The notes under the pieces are model-generated. The model searched no databases. It was given only the letters and a program-made list of their open reading frames with translations, and was not told where the DNA came from. Positions 23,210 through 33,532 of a DNA stretch of 64,000 bases are shown in pieces. Made by a program: the position numbers and the translations under genes. How positions within the stretch are numbered: the stretch's first letter is position 1; every line of letters starts with the position of its first letter. This DNA is from Candidatus Latescibacterota bacterium (GTDB taxonomy: Bacteria; Krumholzibacteriota; Krumholzibacteriia; WVZY01; JAKEHA01): contig OY970173.1 in NCBI GenBank assembly GCA_963707635.1, positions 1,280,001 to 1,344,000 of the forward strand, in the 5' to 3' direction.

Positions 23210-23238
23210 TTGCGCTCGCCCGCCCCGTGTGGTATACA
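23210..23238 (+). promoter_or_regulatory. Sigma70-type promoter of the rimP-nusA-infB operon
   Basis: TTGCGC-N17-TATACA with extended -10 TG. Confidence 0.6.
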
Positions 23239-23262
23239 TTCCCCGGGTTGTTGTAGTGAATG

Positions 23263-23295
23263 AAGTGGGTGGCGGGGCCGCCCACTTTTTGTTTT
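23263..23295 (+). promoter_or_regulatory. rimP leader terminator-like hairpin
   Basis: AAGTGGGTGGC-GGG-GCCGCCCACTT followed by a T tract, between the promoter and rimP; such leader hairpins are commonly found upstream of rimP. Confidence 0.7.
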
Positions 23296-23327
23296 CCGCC
23301 GTCGGCAGACTGCCCGCCGACCCGATC

Positions 23328-23846
23328 GTGCAGCCACCGGAACTTTCAAAGCTGATCGGCTCCGAACTCGAGCTTCTCGGATTCGAGTGTGTGAAGCTCG
23401 AGGTCGTCGGAAGCGCGCGCAGCCCGATCGTGCGGCTGTTCATCGACAAACCCGGCGGGGTCACGGTGGGGGAGTGCGCGATGGTCAGTCGCACCCTCGG
23501 CCTGGTGCTGGATCGAGAGGATCCGTTTCCCGGGCGCTACCTGCTCGAGGTGTCCTCGCCAGGCAACAACCGCCCGCTGGTCACCGAGGCGCACTTTCAG
23601 CGTTTCGCGGGGAGCGAGGCGCGCGTGTCGACGGAGCGGGTGGGGGAGGGGAGAATCACGTATACAGGGCGTATTCGTTCCTGTACTAATGATGTACTCA
23701 CCCTCGAGACCGACGCCGGCGACGTGGAGATCGGACTTCGCGACGTGACCCGCGCCAACCTCATCAACCAGGAATACAAGATCGACAAGAAACGAGAGAA
23801 AGAGCGGCGCCCGTCACGCGACCAGAGGCGCAGAGGTGAAGAGTAG
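23328..23846 (+). CDS. rimP: Ribosome maturation factor RimP
   Basis: RLFIDKPGGVT..C, YLLEVSSPG..RPL motifs; GTG start at 23328 is uncertain. Confidence 0.93.
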   Translation: MQPPELSKLIGSELELLGFECVKLEVVGSARSPIVRLFIDKPGGVTVGECAMVSRTLGLVLDREDPFPGRYLLEVSSPGNNRPLVTEAHFQRFAGSEARVSTERVGEGRITYTGRIRSCTNDVLTLETDAGDVEIGLRDVTRANLINQEYKIDKKREKERRPSRDQRRRGEE

Positions 23847-25376
23847 ATGATCGGCCATTTCACAGAGGCGTTCAACCAGCTCGTTCGCGAGCGCCGACTG
23901 GACCGGGCGATGGTCCTGGAGAAGTTGACGCAGGCGTTCGCGTCCGCTGTGCGCCGCAAGTACGGCGCCAACGCCGAGGTCCGTATCGAAGACGACGGAC
24001 ACGGCGCGATCGAGCTTTTCCTGATTCGCAACGTCGTCGACACGGTCGAGGACCCGAGCACCCAGATTTCCGTCGCGGACGCCCAGGAGTACGCGGAGGG
24101 CGCCGAAGCGGGCGACGTGATCGAGATCAACCTTCCCTTCGAAGAATTCGGGCGCAACGCCATCCAGGTGGTGAAGCAGATCCTCACCCAGGGAGTCCGC
24201 GAGTTCGAGCGCGACCGCGTCTTCGAGGAGTACAAGGACCGCACCGGTGAAATCGTCTCCGGCAGCGTCCAGCAGGTGGATCGCACCGGCATCCTGGTCA
24301 ACCTGGGCAACGCGGAAGCGTTCATGCCCAAGAAGGACCAGATCCGCCGCGAGCGCTACCAGCAGGGCTCGTCGATACGCGCCGTGGTGATGAAGGTGGA
24401 CAAGGAGGCCAAGGGGCCGATGGTGATGCTCTCGCGCACCAGCCCCGAGTTCCTCAAGGCCCTCTTCACCCAGGAAGTGCCCGAGATCTATGAGGGCCTG
24501 ATCGAAATCAAGAGCATCGCGCGCGAGGCGGGGGGACGCTCCAAGATCGCCGTCTATTCGCGCGACGACCGCGTCGACGCCGTCGGCGCCTGCGTGGGGA
24601 TGAAGGGGTCGCGCGTGCAGGCGGTCGTGAACGAGCTTTCCGGCGAACGCATCGACATTGTCCCGTGGAACGACGACGTCTCGACGTTCATCTCGCGCGC
24701 CCTCTCGCCCGCGAAGATCTCCGGTGTCAAGGCGGACCTGGCCACGAAGTCGGTCATGGTCATCGTGGAAGAGGACCAGCTCTCGCTGGCGATCGGCAAG
24801 GAAGGCCAGAACGTCCGGCTGGCCTCGCGTCTCGCGGGCTGGCAGATCGAACTCGTTTCCTCGCGCCAGCTCGAGCAGCGCCAGCGCTTCCAGGAGCAGC
24901 TGCTCATGCCGATCGAAGAGATGGTCGGCGTCAGCGAGAAGATGGCCGAGAAGCTCCGCGAAGCCGGCATCAACACGGTGCAGAAGCTCATCAAGACATC
25001 CACCGAAGAGTTGCTCGCCATTCCCGGGTTCGGCGAGCGGACGGTGGAGAAGCTCAAGGAGACGGCGCAGGGCACCGTCAAAGAGCTCGAGAAGGCGATG
25101 GAGGAGCTCATCCGCAAGGAGAACGAGGAGAGGGAGCACCTGAAGCAGCAGGAGAAGCCGCTCTTCGACGAAAGTATCCTCGAGGCGGAACCCGAACCCA
25201 AGAAGGAAGAGAAGCCCAGGCTCACGGAGGCCATGCTGTTCCGGGATCCGTCGGAAGTGGAAGCCGAGGCGGAAGCGGAGGCCGCCGCCGAACCGGTCGA
25301 AGCGACCGAAGCGGCGCCGGTTTCGCCTGCGGCCGATACGCCGGCCGAGTCGGAGAACAAGGGCGCGGACGAATAA
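23847..25376 (+). CDS. nusA: Transcription factor NusA
   Basis: FGRNAIQ, S1 and KH domains (GACVGMKGSRV, AIGKEGQNVRLA), C-terminal HhH region and acidic tail. Confidence 0.97.
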   Translation: MIGHFTEAFNQLVRERRLDRAMVLEKLTQAFASAVRRKYGANAEVRIEDDGHGAIELFLIRNVVDTVEDPSTQISVADAQEYAEGAEAGDVIEINLPFEEFGRNAIQVVKQILTQGVREFERDRVFEEYKDRTGEIVSGSVQQVDRTGILVNLGNAEAFMPKKDQIRRERYQQGSSIRAVVMKVDKEAKGPMVMLSRTSPEFLKALFTQEVPEIYEGLIEIKSIAREAGGRSKIAVYSRDDRVDAVGACVGMKGSRVQAVVNELSGERIDIVPWNDDVSTFISRALSPAKISGVKADLATKSVMVIVEEDQLSLAIGKEGQNVRLASRLAGWQIELVSSRQLEQRQRFQEQLLMPIEEMVGVSEKMAEKLREAGINTVQKLIKTSTEELLAIPGFGERTVEKLKETAQGTVKELEKAMEELIRKENEEREHLKQQEKPLFDESILEAEPEPKKEEKPRLTEAMLFRDPSEVEAEAEAEAAAEPVEATEAAPVSPAADTPAESENKGADE

Positions 25377-27905
25377 ATGCGAATTCAAGAACTCGCCAAG
25401 AAGTACAACGTCACCGCCGAAGAACTGATCGCCCTCCTGAAGAAGGCGGGCCACAGCGTTTCGAGCACGACGGGTGTGATCGACTACGACATGTTGACCG
25501 CGCTCGACCGGCACTTCGCGTGGTCGAACACGGCCACCAAGAAGACGGCGAAGAAGTCCTCGGCGGCGGCGAAGAAGAAGGCGGGCAAGACGGTGGCGGT
25601 CGAGGAGGCTCCCGCCGCCAAGACGAAGGTCAAGCTGCGCAAGGCGCACGTCCCCGAGCCCGAACCGGCGCCGGCGCCGGAGAAGCCCAAGGTCAAGCTG
25701 GCGAAGGCGGTCAAGACCGCCGTCGCGGCGCCCGAGCCTGCGCCCGCACCCGCGAAGGCGGAATCGGCGAAAGCGGAAGCCCCGAAGGTCGAGGCCAAGA
25801 AGGAAGCGGCGAAAAAGGGGAAAGCGGCTGCGGAAGCCGCCGCGAAACCGGCGAAGAAGCCCGCCGGCGAAGAGCACCGGCCCGCGCCCAAGATTCCGCG
25901 GACCAAGACGCCGAGCGCGCTCGACGAGTTGTCGAAGGGTCCGCTCGATGTGCCGCTGATCGCCACCGAACCCGATACCCGCGAAGAGCTCGACCAGTGG
26001 ATGACCGCCGAGGCAGAGGCGCGACGGTTGGGCATCGCCAAGACGGCGGCCGCGGACCAGGTGCGCGAGAGCGTGCGCCGCACGCTGGCGAAGCTCGAAA
26101 CGACACGAAAATCGAAACGCCGCAAGACGCGGGGACCTGTGGAACCGGTCGCACTCCCGCCCGTGCGCGTGCCCGAGGGGGCCACGCCGGCGGTGCTCGC
26201 CGCTGCGCTGGGGATCGCCGTCGAAGACGTGCTCACGCGCGTCGCGCGGCTGGACATCGAAGCCGCGCCGGCCACCGCCCTGGGCCGCGAAGCGATCGAG
26301 CTGGTCGCGGAGGAACTGGGCCGCCACGTCGACGTCGAGGCTGCCTACGGCGAAACCCAGCTCAAGATCGACGCGCAGATCGACCCGGCCAAGCTCGCGC
26401 CCCGCGCGCCGGTCGTCACCATCATGGGTCACGTCGACCACGGCAAGACCTCGATCCTCGACTACATCCGCAAGGCGAACGTGGCCGCGGGCGAAGCGGG
26501 CGGCATCACGCAGCACGTCGGCGCCTACGAGGCCACGCTGCCGGCCGGCAAGATCACGTTCATCGACACGCCCGGCCACCAGGCGTTCACCGCCATGCGG
26601 GCGCGCGGTTCGAAGATCACCGACATCGTCGTGCTGGTGGTCGCGGCCGACGACGGTGTCATGCCCCAGACCATCGAGGCCATCAATCACACGCGGGCGG
26701 CGAAGGTGCCGATGATCGTCGCGATCAACAAGTCGGACCTGCCCAGCGCGAATCCGGCGAACGTCAAGCAGCAGCTCACGCAGCAGAGCGTGCTGGTCGA
26801 AGACTTCGGCGGCGACGTCGTGTCGGTGGAGATTTCGGCCCGCACCGGCAAGGGCATCGACAAGCTGCTCGAGATGATCCTGCTCCAGGCCGAGCTCGCG
26901 GAGCTCAAGGCCGACCCGACCGCACCCGCCCAGGGCGTGGTGGTGGAGGTGCGCAAGGAGGAGGGTCGCGGCATTCTCGTCACCGCGCTGATTCAGCAGG
27001 GGACGCTGCGCCTCGGCGACGTGTTCGTCGTGGGCAGCGAGTACGGCAAGGTGCGCTCGCTGTTCGACCACGCCGGCAAGGCGATCCGGCAGGCGGGGCC
27101 TTCTGTCCCGGTGGTCGTGCTGGGGCTCGACGGCCTGCCGGAGCCGGGCGACACGCTGATCGCGGTCAAGAACGAGCGCGAGGCGCGCGAGATCGCGCTC
27201 AAGCGCCAGGAGGTGCTGCGCCACAAGGGGCTCCAGCCCACCAAGGCGCTGACCCTCGAGGACCTCTACTCGCAGATCCAGGGCGGCGAGGTCAAGGAGC
27301 TCAACATCATCGTCAAGGGCGACACCAACGGCTCGGTGGAGGCGCTGCGCGACAGCCTGGCGCCGATGACCATCGAGTCCATCAAGATCAACGTCGTGCA
27401 CGCCGCGGTCGGCAACGTCTCCGACTCCGACATGCTGCTGGCGCAGAGCACGAACGCGCTGGTGATCGCGTTCAACACCAAGGTGACGCCGAGCGCGAAG
27501 GAGATCGCGAAGCTCAAGGGCATCGAGATCCGCAGCTACCAGATTATTTATGAGGTCATCGAGGACATCGACAAGGCCATGAAGGGAATGCTCGCTCCCG
27601 TGTTCGTCGAGCGCGTGCTCGGCCGCGCCGAGGTGCGCAAGCTCTTCCGCGTGACCCGTCTCGGCACCATCGCGGGCTCGATGGTGGTCGAGGGGTCGAT
27701 CGTCCGCAACGCCAACGCGCGCGTGCTTCGCGACGGCGAACTGATTTTTACCGGGAAGATTGCGTCGCTAAAACGCTTCCAGGACGACGCGCGCGAAGTG
27801 AACCAGAACTTCGAGTGCGGTATCGGGCTGGCGGGGTTCGACAACCTCATCGAGCGCGACATTATCGAAGCCTACGTCGTCGAAGAGAAGGCTCGCGTGT
27901 TCTAG
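25377..27905 (+). CDS. infB: Translation initiation factor IF-2
   Basis: [23 protein letters not shown] motifs; Ala/Lys/Pro-rich N-terminus. Confidence 0.98.
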   Translation: MRIQELAKKYNVTAEELIALLKKAGHSVSSTTGVIDYDMLTALDRHFAWSNTATKKTAKKSSAAAKKKAGKTVAVEEAPAAKTKVKLRKAHVPEPEPAPAPEKPKVKLAKAVKTAVAAPEPAPAPAKAESAKAEAPKVEAKKEAAKKGKAAAEAAAKPAKKPAGEEHRPAPKIPRTKTPSALDELSKGPLDVPLIATEPDTREELDQWMTAEAEARRLGIAKTAAADQVRESVRRTLAKLETTRKSKRRKTRGPVEPVALPPVRVPEGATPAVLAAALGIAVEDVLTRVARLDIEAAPATALGREAIELVAEELGRHVDVEAAYGETQLKIDAQIDPAKLAPRAPVVTIMGHVDHGKTSILDYIRKANVAAGEAGGITQHVGAYEATLPAGKITFIDTPGHQAFTAMRARGSKITDIVVLVVAADDGVMPQTIEAINHTRAAKVPMIVAINKSDLPSANPANVKQQLTQQSVLVEDFGGDVVSVEISARTGKGIDKLLEMILLQAELAELKADPTAPAQGVVVEVRKEEGRGILVTALIQQGTLRLGDVFVVGSEYGKVRSLFDHAGKAIRQAGPSVPVVVLGLDGLPEPGDTLIAVKNEREAREIALKRQEVLRHKGLQPTKALTLEDLYSQIQGGEVKELNIIVKGDTNGSVEALRDSLAPMTIESIKINVVHAAVGNVSDSDMLLAQSTNALVIAFNTKVTPSAKEIAKLKGIEIRSYQIIYEVIEDIDKAMKGMLAPVFVERVLGRAEVRKLFRVTRLGTIAGSMVVEGSIVRNANARVLRDGELIFTGKIASLKRFQDDAREVNQNFECGIGLAGFDNLIERDIIEAYVVEEKARVF

Positions 27906-27949
27906 GCGGACGAAGCCCGTGAGGCCGGCGAAATGCCGGGCGACCTCTG

Positions 27950-28231
27950 ATGTTCGTCAAACTACTGACCGTCGACCTGCTGATACCCGGCTGCTCCTCT
28001 CTCAAAGAAAAGCGTTTCGTGCTCTCGAGCCTCAAGGCCCGGTTGCGGGGCCGGTTCAACGCGTCCGTGGCCGAGGTCGACTATCAGGACAAGTGGCAGC
28101 GCTGCCTGATCGCGATCGCGATCGTGGGCGCGGACCACGGAGCGGTGGACGGGACCTGCGCGCAGGTTCGCCGTTTCATCGAGGGCGATCGCCGCGTGGA
28201 AGTAGCGGACGCGCTGGAGGAGTTCCGGTAG
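27950..28231 (+). CDS. DUF503 (YlxP-like) protein
   Basis: SLKEKR, FNASVAEVDYQDKWQR; canonical position between infB and rbfA. Confidence 0.9.
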   Translation: MFVKLLTVDLLIPGCSSLKEKRFVLSSLKARLRGRFNASVAEVDYQDKWQRCLIAIAIVGADHGAVDGTCAQVRRFIEGDRRVEVADALEEFR

Positions 28232-28237
28232 GCACCT

Positions 28238-28334
28238 GGCAGGCGATATATCGGACTCCGCGCTCATGCGCTCGCGCGCACAAGTTGGTACGCGCGACTC
28301 GCGAAATCGCGCTTCGCCCGATATATCGCCTGCC
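28238..28334. repeat. Intergenic hairpin module A, copy 3
   Basis: Perfect 17-bp inverted repeat (28238-28254/28318-28334) around the conserved core. Confidence 0.9.
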
Positions 28335-28337
28335 CGA

Positions 28338-28433
28338 TGGCGGGGATGCACTCCCTCAGACGCCAATCCGCAGTCGCGCATATCAACATGTGCGCGGGAG
28401 GACGGCGGCAGAGGGAGTGCATCCCAGCCGCCA
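28338..28433. repeat. Intergenic hairpin module B, copy 2
   Basis: GGGATGCACTCCCTC/GAGGGAGTGCATCCC stem; core GCCAATCCGCAGTCGCGCATATCAACATGTGCGCGGGAGGACGGCG identical to copy 1. Confidence 0.9.
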
Positions 28434-28451
28434 ACAAAGAGGACTGAGAGA

Positions 28452-28847
28452 ATGGCCAGATCAAGTCATAGACTCGAGCGCATCAACGCGATCATCAAGG
28501 AAGTCTTGAGCGAGATCGTGCTCAAAGAGGTCAAGGACCCGCGCGTCGGGCTCGTGACCATCGTGGGCGTGCGCGTGGCGCCCGACCTGTCGAGCGCGAA
28601 GGTGTTTTTCAGCGTGATGGGCGACGAGGCGCAGCGCCAGCTCACCGCCAAGGTGCTGCGCGGGGCCAGCGGCTACATGCGCCACGTGATCGCGGACGAA
28701 ATCGACGTGCGCACCGCGCCCGAGCTGCACTGGCAGTACGACGACTCGCTCGATCGCGCCTTCCGCATTGCGGAGATCCTCAAGGAGACCGGGACGACGC
28801 CGGACGTCGTCGCCGACGACGACGAGAAGGAACCGAAGTCCACGTGA
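28452..28847 (+). CDS. rbfA: Ribosome-binding factor A
   Basis: VKDPR, V.PDLSSAKVF, RTAPEL..YDDS motifs. Confidence 0.95.
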   Translation: MARSSHRLERINAIIKEVLSEIVLKEVKDPRVGLVTIVGVRVAPDLSSAKVFFSVMGDEAQRQLTAKVLRGASGYMRHVIADEIDVRTAPELHWQYDDSLDRAFRIAEILKETGTTPDVVADDDEKEPKST

Positions 28848-29809
28848 ACCGATTCGACAACCGCGTGTTCGTGGTCGACAAGGCCGCCGGCCCGACCTCG
28901 TTCGAGGTGGTGGCGGCCATGCGCCGTGTGACCGGGCTGCGCAAGGTGGGACACGCGGGCACACTCGACCCGCTCGCGCGCGGCGTATTGCTCGTGTGCA
29001 CCGGTCATGCGACGCGCGCGGTCGAACACTTCATGGACCTCGAGAAGGAATACGAGTTCGACGTGCTGCTCGGCGTCGAAACCACCACCCTCGACGCCGA
29101 GGGCGAGGTGGTCCGCCAAGCCCCGGTGCCCGACCTGTCGCTGGAGACGCTCCGCGAGGCAGGGGGCGGGTTTGTCGGCGACTACACCCTCACCCCGCCC
29201 GCGTTCTCCGCGCTCAAGCGGCGCGGGCAGCGATTCTACGCCCTGGCGCGGGCGGGCGAGGTCGCGGAGACGGCCGCGCCCCGGCGCGTGAAGATCTACG
29301 GGTTCGACGTTCTCTCCGCGGCGCTTCCGCACGTGCGCTGCGTGGTGCGCTGTTCGCGCGGCACCTATGTGCGCTCGCTGGCCAAGGACTTCGGCGCGAA
29401 GCTCGGGCTGCCGGCGTCGATTGCCACCCTCATGCGCCGCCGCATCGGTCCGTTCGCGCTGGCGGAGGCGTTTCCGTCGGAGAAGCTGGTCCCCTCGCAC
29501 GCGGACGAGCTCGCCGGCCACACCCTCGACGACGCGCTCGCGTTTCTCCCCGGCGTGGTGCTGACCGCCCGCGCGGCCACGCTCCTCAAGTTCGGTGTGC
29601 TTCCGCTGCGCCAGGACGTGATCGAAGTCGTGGGCGTGCCGCGCCCGGGTGCGCTCCGCCTCCTCGACGAGTCGCGCACGCTGGTCGCGGTGGGCACGCG
29701 CGAGGGCGAACGCGCGAAGGATCCGCTGCGCCTGGTCGACTCCTTCCGGCTCTACGTCGACAACGACGCCGACGAACCGGTGGCGCGCGTGGCGCGCCGG
29801 GTGGAGTAG
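28844..29809 (+). CDS. truB: tRNA pseudouridine(55) synthase
   Basis: KVGHAGTLDP, PPAFSALK, CSRGTYVRSL motifs. Confidence 0.95.
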   Translation: MNRFDNRVFVVDKAAGPTSFEVVAAMRRVTGLRKVGHAGTLDPLARGVLLVCTGHATRAVEHFMDLEKEYEFDVLLGVETTTLDAEGEVVRQAPVPDLSLETLREAGGGFVGDYTLTPPAFSALKRRGQRFYALARAGEVAETAAPRRVKIYGFDVLSAALPHVRCVVRCSRGTYVRSLAKDFGAKLGLPASIATLMRRRIGPFALAEAFPSEKLVPSHADELAGHTLDDALAFLPGVVLTARAATLLKFGVLPLRQDVIEVVGVPRPGALRLLDESRTLVAVGTREGERAKDPLRLVDSFRLYVDNDADEPVARVARRVE

Positions 29810-30759
29810 TGTTGGCGCTCAAGGTCGCGCGCAACCTCGACGAGCTACGCGCCCACGCCCCGCGCGAAAGCGCCGCGACCATCGGCGTATTCGACGGTGT
29901 GCACCGCGGCCACGCCGCGACCCTCGAGGCGCTGGTGGCGCGACGAGCCGCCGGCGCGGTCGACAGCGCGTGGGCGATCACATTCGACCCGCACCCACTC
30001 GCGGTCACGCACTCGCGCGCGATCCCGCCCATTCTCTCGACCATCGACGAGCGCATCGAGCTGCTGTCGAAGTCTTCGCTCGACGGCGTCTTCGTGCTTC
30101 ACTTCGACGAAGCGACGGCGAAGATCACCTACCAGGACTTCATCCAGCGCTTCTTTCTCGACGCGCTGGATATGCGCGAGCTGGTGATCGGCTACGACTG
30201 CCACTTCGGGCACCGGCGCGAGGGAAGCCCGGGGCGCGTCGCAGAGGAAGGCGCGCGCCGCGGATTCGGCGTCACCGTGGTCCCGCCGCTGCGCGTCGAG
30301 GGCGAGGTCGTCTCGAGCACGGCGATTCGCCAGGCGCTGCACGCCGCCGACCTGGACCGCGCCAATCGCCTGCTCGGCCACCCGTACCTCGTCCGCGGCA
30401 AAGTGGTCGAGGGGCAGGGGCGCGGGCGCGACCTCGGGTTTCCAACCGCCAACCTCGCCGTCGCCGACCCGCTGAAACTGTGGCCACCGGACGGCGTGTA
30501 TGCGGTTCGCGTCGGGTGGAAAGGCTACATCCATGAAGGGATGATGAATATCGGGCGCTCGCCCACCATGAAGCGGATCGAAAAGAGCGAGATCGAGGTC
30601 CACATATTCGACTTCGGTCACCATATCTACGGCGATGAAATCTCGGTGTATTGCGAGGCGTACCTCCGGCCGGAGCAGCGCTTCGCCACGGTGGCAGGGC
30701 TGATCGAACAGCTCAACGCCGACCGCCGGGAGGCCCGGGAACGCCTCGCCCGGCTCTAG
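29809..30759 (+). CDS. ribF: Riboflavin kinase/FAD synthetase
   Basis: [34 protein letters not shown] motifs. Confidence 0.95.
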   Translation: MLALKVARNLDELRAHAPRESAATIGVFDGVHRGHAATLEALVARRAAGAVDSAWAITFDPHPLAVTHSRAIPPILSTIDERIELLSKSSLDGVFVLHFDEATAKITYQDFIQRFFLDALDMRELVIGYDCHFGHRREGSPGRVAEEGARRGFGVTVVPPLRVEGEVVSSTAIRQALHAADLDRANRLLGHPYLVRGKVVEGQGRGRDLGFPTANLAVADPLKLWPPDGVYAVRVGWKGYIHEGMMNIGRSPTMKRIEKSEIEVHIFDFGHHIYGDEISVYCEAYLRPEQRFATVAGLIEQLNADRREARERLARL

Positions 30760-30780
30760 GAGCCCCTGCACATTTGTTGC

Positions 30781-30809
30781 TTTACACCCCCGGAGGGGTG
30801 TGTTAGGGT
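30781..30809 (+). promoter_or_regulatory. Putative rpsO promoter
   Basis: TTTACA-N17-TAGGGT with extended -10 TG. Confidence 0.55.
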
Positions 30810-30889
30810 ACGCCGCAAGTCGGCGGCCGACCGGAAGGTCGGCTGCAGCCATCGTGTCGCGTACCGATGTACGAGGAGGTGATCAGACG

Positions 30890-31159
30890 ATGGCAATGAC
30901 TCCCGATCAGAAGCGGGATATTATTGGAAAATACAAGCTCCACGACAAGGACTCCGGCTCGGCCGAAGTTCAGATTGCTCTCCTCACTGAGCGAATCCGG
31001 ATGCTCACGGACCACTTTCAGGTCCACAAGAAGGACCACGCGTCCCGTCGCGGCCTATTGCAGATGGTCGGGCGGCGCAGAAAGCTCCTGGACTATCTGA
31101 AGAACAAGAAGATCGAAAGCTACCGCGAGATGATCAAGCAGCTCAACCTGCGCAAGTAG
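30890..31159 (+). CDS. rpsO: 30S ribosomal protein S15
   Basis: [24 protein letters not shown] motifs; SD GAGGAGG. Confidence 0.98.
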   Translation: MAMTPDQKRDIIGKYKLHDKDSGSAEVQIALLTERIRMLTDHFQVHKKDHASRRGLLQMVGRRRKLLDYLKNKKIESYREMIKQLNLRK

Positions 31160-31266
31160 TTCTTTTTTTTACAGAACCCCTTTGCCGGTCGAACTTCGAT
31201 TCCTCACGGGCGCGTGCCTAGAGCGCGCGTATACCATGGGCCCTCATAGGCAGGTTTGATAACACG

Positions 31267-33453
31267 ATGACAAGTCATACAGTGACCCGAACAATTAACG
31301 GCCAGACCTTCGCGCTCGAAACCGGGCGCATGGCCAAACAAGCCGACGGCGCCGTCGTCGTGCGCATGGGCGACACGATGGTGCTGGTGGCGGTGGTGGC
31401 GGCCCAGAAGAAGACGGATCGTGACTTCTTTCCGCTCACCGTCGAATACCGCGAGAAGTTCTACGCCTCCGGCCGGATCCCCGGCGGGTTCTTCAAGCGC
31501 GAGGGGCGCCCCGGAGAGCGGGAGACGTTGACCTCGCGGCTGATCGACCGCCCGCTGCGTCCGCTCTTCGACAAGCATTTCATGTGCGAGACGCAGGTGA
31601 TCGCGACGCCGATCAGCTACGACAGCCAGAACTCACCCGACGTGCTCAGCATCGTCGGCGCCTCCGCGGCGCTGGCCCTTTCCGACATTCCGTTCACCGA
31701 CTTCGTGTCGGGTGTGCGCGTCGGCCGCGTGGAGGGGGCGTTCGTCGCCAACCCCACCGTCGAGCAGATGGAAACGAGCGATATGGACATCATCATCGCC
31801 GGCACCGACGACGCCGTCATGATGGTCGAAGGCGGCTGCGCCGAAGTGAGCGAGTCGCAGATGCTGGCGGCGGTCCGTTTCGGCCACGAAGAGATCAAGC
31901 GGCTCAACGCGCTCCAGCGCGAGTTGGTGGGCAAGGCCGGTGCGAAGCCGAAGCGCGTGGTGGAGGTCCCCGAGCGCCTGCACGAGCTCGACGGCAAGAT
32001 CGCGACCGACTTCAGCGACCGCATCGGCCAGGCACTCTTCATCGCACGCAAGCTGGACCGACAGGACGCGCTCAAGGTGATTCGCGACGAGGCGGTCGCG
32101 AAATACGAAGGCAACTACCCCGAGAAGGGCGCGTACGTCTCGCTGGTGCTCGAAGAGATCGAGAAGAAGCTGATGCGCGCGATGATTCTAGATCGCGGTG
32201 TACGCCTCGACGGTCGTGGCACCACCGATATCCGCCCGATCACGTGCGAGGTGGGCGTGCTGCCGCGAGCACACGGCTCGGCACTGTTCACCCGCGGCGA
32301 GACGCAGAGCCTCGTCACCACGACGCTGGGCACCAGCGATGACGAGCAGATGCTCGACACCATCGAGGGCGAGAGCTGGAAGCGCTATATGCTGCACTAT
32401 AATTTTCCGTCGTTCTCGGTCGGCGAGGTGGGCCGCTTCGGCGGACCCGGCCGGCGTGAGATCGGCCACGGCGCGCTGGCCGAGCGCGCGATCCGACCCA
32501 TGATCCCGGAGAAGGATGCGTTCCCGTACACGATCCGCATCGTCTCGGAGATTCTCGAATCCAACGGGTCCAGCTCGATGGCGTCGGTATGCGGCGGAAG
32601 CCTGGCGCTGATGGACGGCGGCGTGCCGGTGCCGAAGGCGGTCGCGGGCATCGCGATGGGCCTGGTCATCGAAGGAAACCGCGTGGCGGTCTTGAGCGAC
32701 ATCCTGGGCGCGGAAGATCATCTCGGCGACATGGACTTCAAGGTGACGGGGACCGCCGAAGGCATCACGGCGTTCCAGCTCGACACCAAGATCGCCGGGA
32801 TCTCGGACGAGATCATGATGAAGGCGCTCGACCAGGCCCACGTCGGTCGCCTCCACATCCTGGAAGTCATGAACCGGACCATCGCCGGTCCGCGCGCCGA
32901 CATCTCTCCGTTCGCGCCAAAGATCACCACCATCCAGATTCCGGTCGATAAGATCCGTGAGGTCATCGGCCCGGGCGGCAAGGTGGTCAAGCGAATCCAG
33001 GAGGAGTCGGGAGCGAAGATCGAGATCGAGGACAGCGGGACGGTGCGGGTGATCGCGGTCAACGCCGAAAGCTCGGAGATCGCGGTGGCGCGCATCAAGG
33101 AGATCACGGCGGAGCCGGAAATCGGGAAGGTCTACGAAGGGGAAGTGCGCAGCATCCTCGCCTTCGGCGCCTTCGTCCAGATTCTCCCCGGCAAGGACGG
33201 GCTCCTGCACATCTCGGAGATCGCGCACCGGCGCCTCGAACGTGTGGAGGAAGAGCTCAAGATCGGCGACATCGTCAAGGTCAAGGTGCTCGAGGTCAGC
33301 CCGGAAGGCAAGATTCGCTTGAGCCGCAAGGCGCTGATCGAGAAGCCGGAGGGGTACCAGGAGGAAAGCCACGGCGACCGGCCGCCTCGCGAACACCGCG
33401 AGCACGGCCGCGGCGGCGGCGGTGGACGGCCCCGCGAGCGCTCGCGTCGGTAA
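31267..33453 (+). CDS. pnp: Polyribonucleotide nucleotidyltransferase
   Basis: DFFPLTVEY, RREIGHG, ESNGSSS, DMDFKV motifs; KH and S1 domains. Confidence 0.98.
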   Translation: MTSHTVTRTINGQTFALETGRMAKQADGAVVVRMGDTMVLVAVVAAQKKTDRDFFPLTVEYREKFYASGRIPGGFFKREGRPGERETLTSRLIDRPLRPLFDKHFMCETQVIATPISYDSQNSPDVLSIVGASAALALSDIPFTDFVSGVRVGRVEGAFVANPTVEQMETSDMDIIIAGTDDAVMMVEGGCAEVSESQMLAAVRFGHEEIKRLNALQRELVGKAGAKPKRVVEVPERLHELDGKIATDFSDRIGQALFIARKLDRQDALKVIRDEAVAKYEGNYPEKGAYVSLVLEEIEKKLMRAMILDRGVRLDGRGTTDIRPITCEVGVLPRAHGSALFTRGETQSLVTTTLGTSDDEQMLDTIEGESWKRYMLHYNFPSFSVGEVGRFGGPGRREIGHGALAERAIRPMIPEKDAFPYTIRIVSEILESNGSSSMASVCGGSLALMDGGVPVPKAVAGIAMGLVIEGNRVAVLSDILGAEDHLGDMDFKVTGTAEGITAFQLDTKIAGISDEIMMKALDQAHVGRLHILEVMNRTIAGPRADISPFAPKITTIQIPVDKIREVIGPGGKVVKRIQEESGAKIEIEDSGTVRVIAVNAESSEIAVARIKEITAEPEIGKVYEGEVRSILAFGAFVQILPGKDGLLHISEIAHRRLERVEEELKIGDIVKVKVLEVSPEGKIRLSRKALIEKPEGYQEESHGDRPPREHREHGRGGGGGRPRERSRR

Positions 33454-33480
33454 TTGACCCCACATCGGGGCCGAACAGCG

Positions 33481-33523
33481 GCCCGCCCGCGAGCAGAGCT
33501 TGTGGGCGGGCGCAGTTGTTTTT
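33481..33523 (+). terminator. Probable intrinsic terminator after pnp
   Basis: 14-bp stem GCCCGCCCGCGAGC/GCTTGTGGGCGGGC followed by GCAGTTGTTTTT. Confidence 0.6.
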
Positions 33524-33532
33524 GAGGTGCAT

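Noticed and set aside
25530..25900. Histone-like Ala/Lys/Pro tract in IF-2
   Set aside because: Low-complexity IF-2 N-termini are common.
28266..28451. In-frame N-terminal extension of rbfA through the repeat element
   Set aside because: RbfA similarity starts at ATG 28452; the GC-rich repeat simply lacks stops, and the other copies are not fused to their downstream genes in this way.
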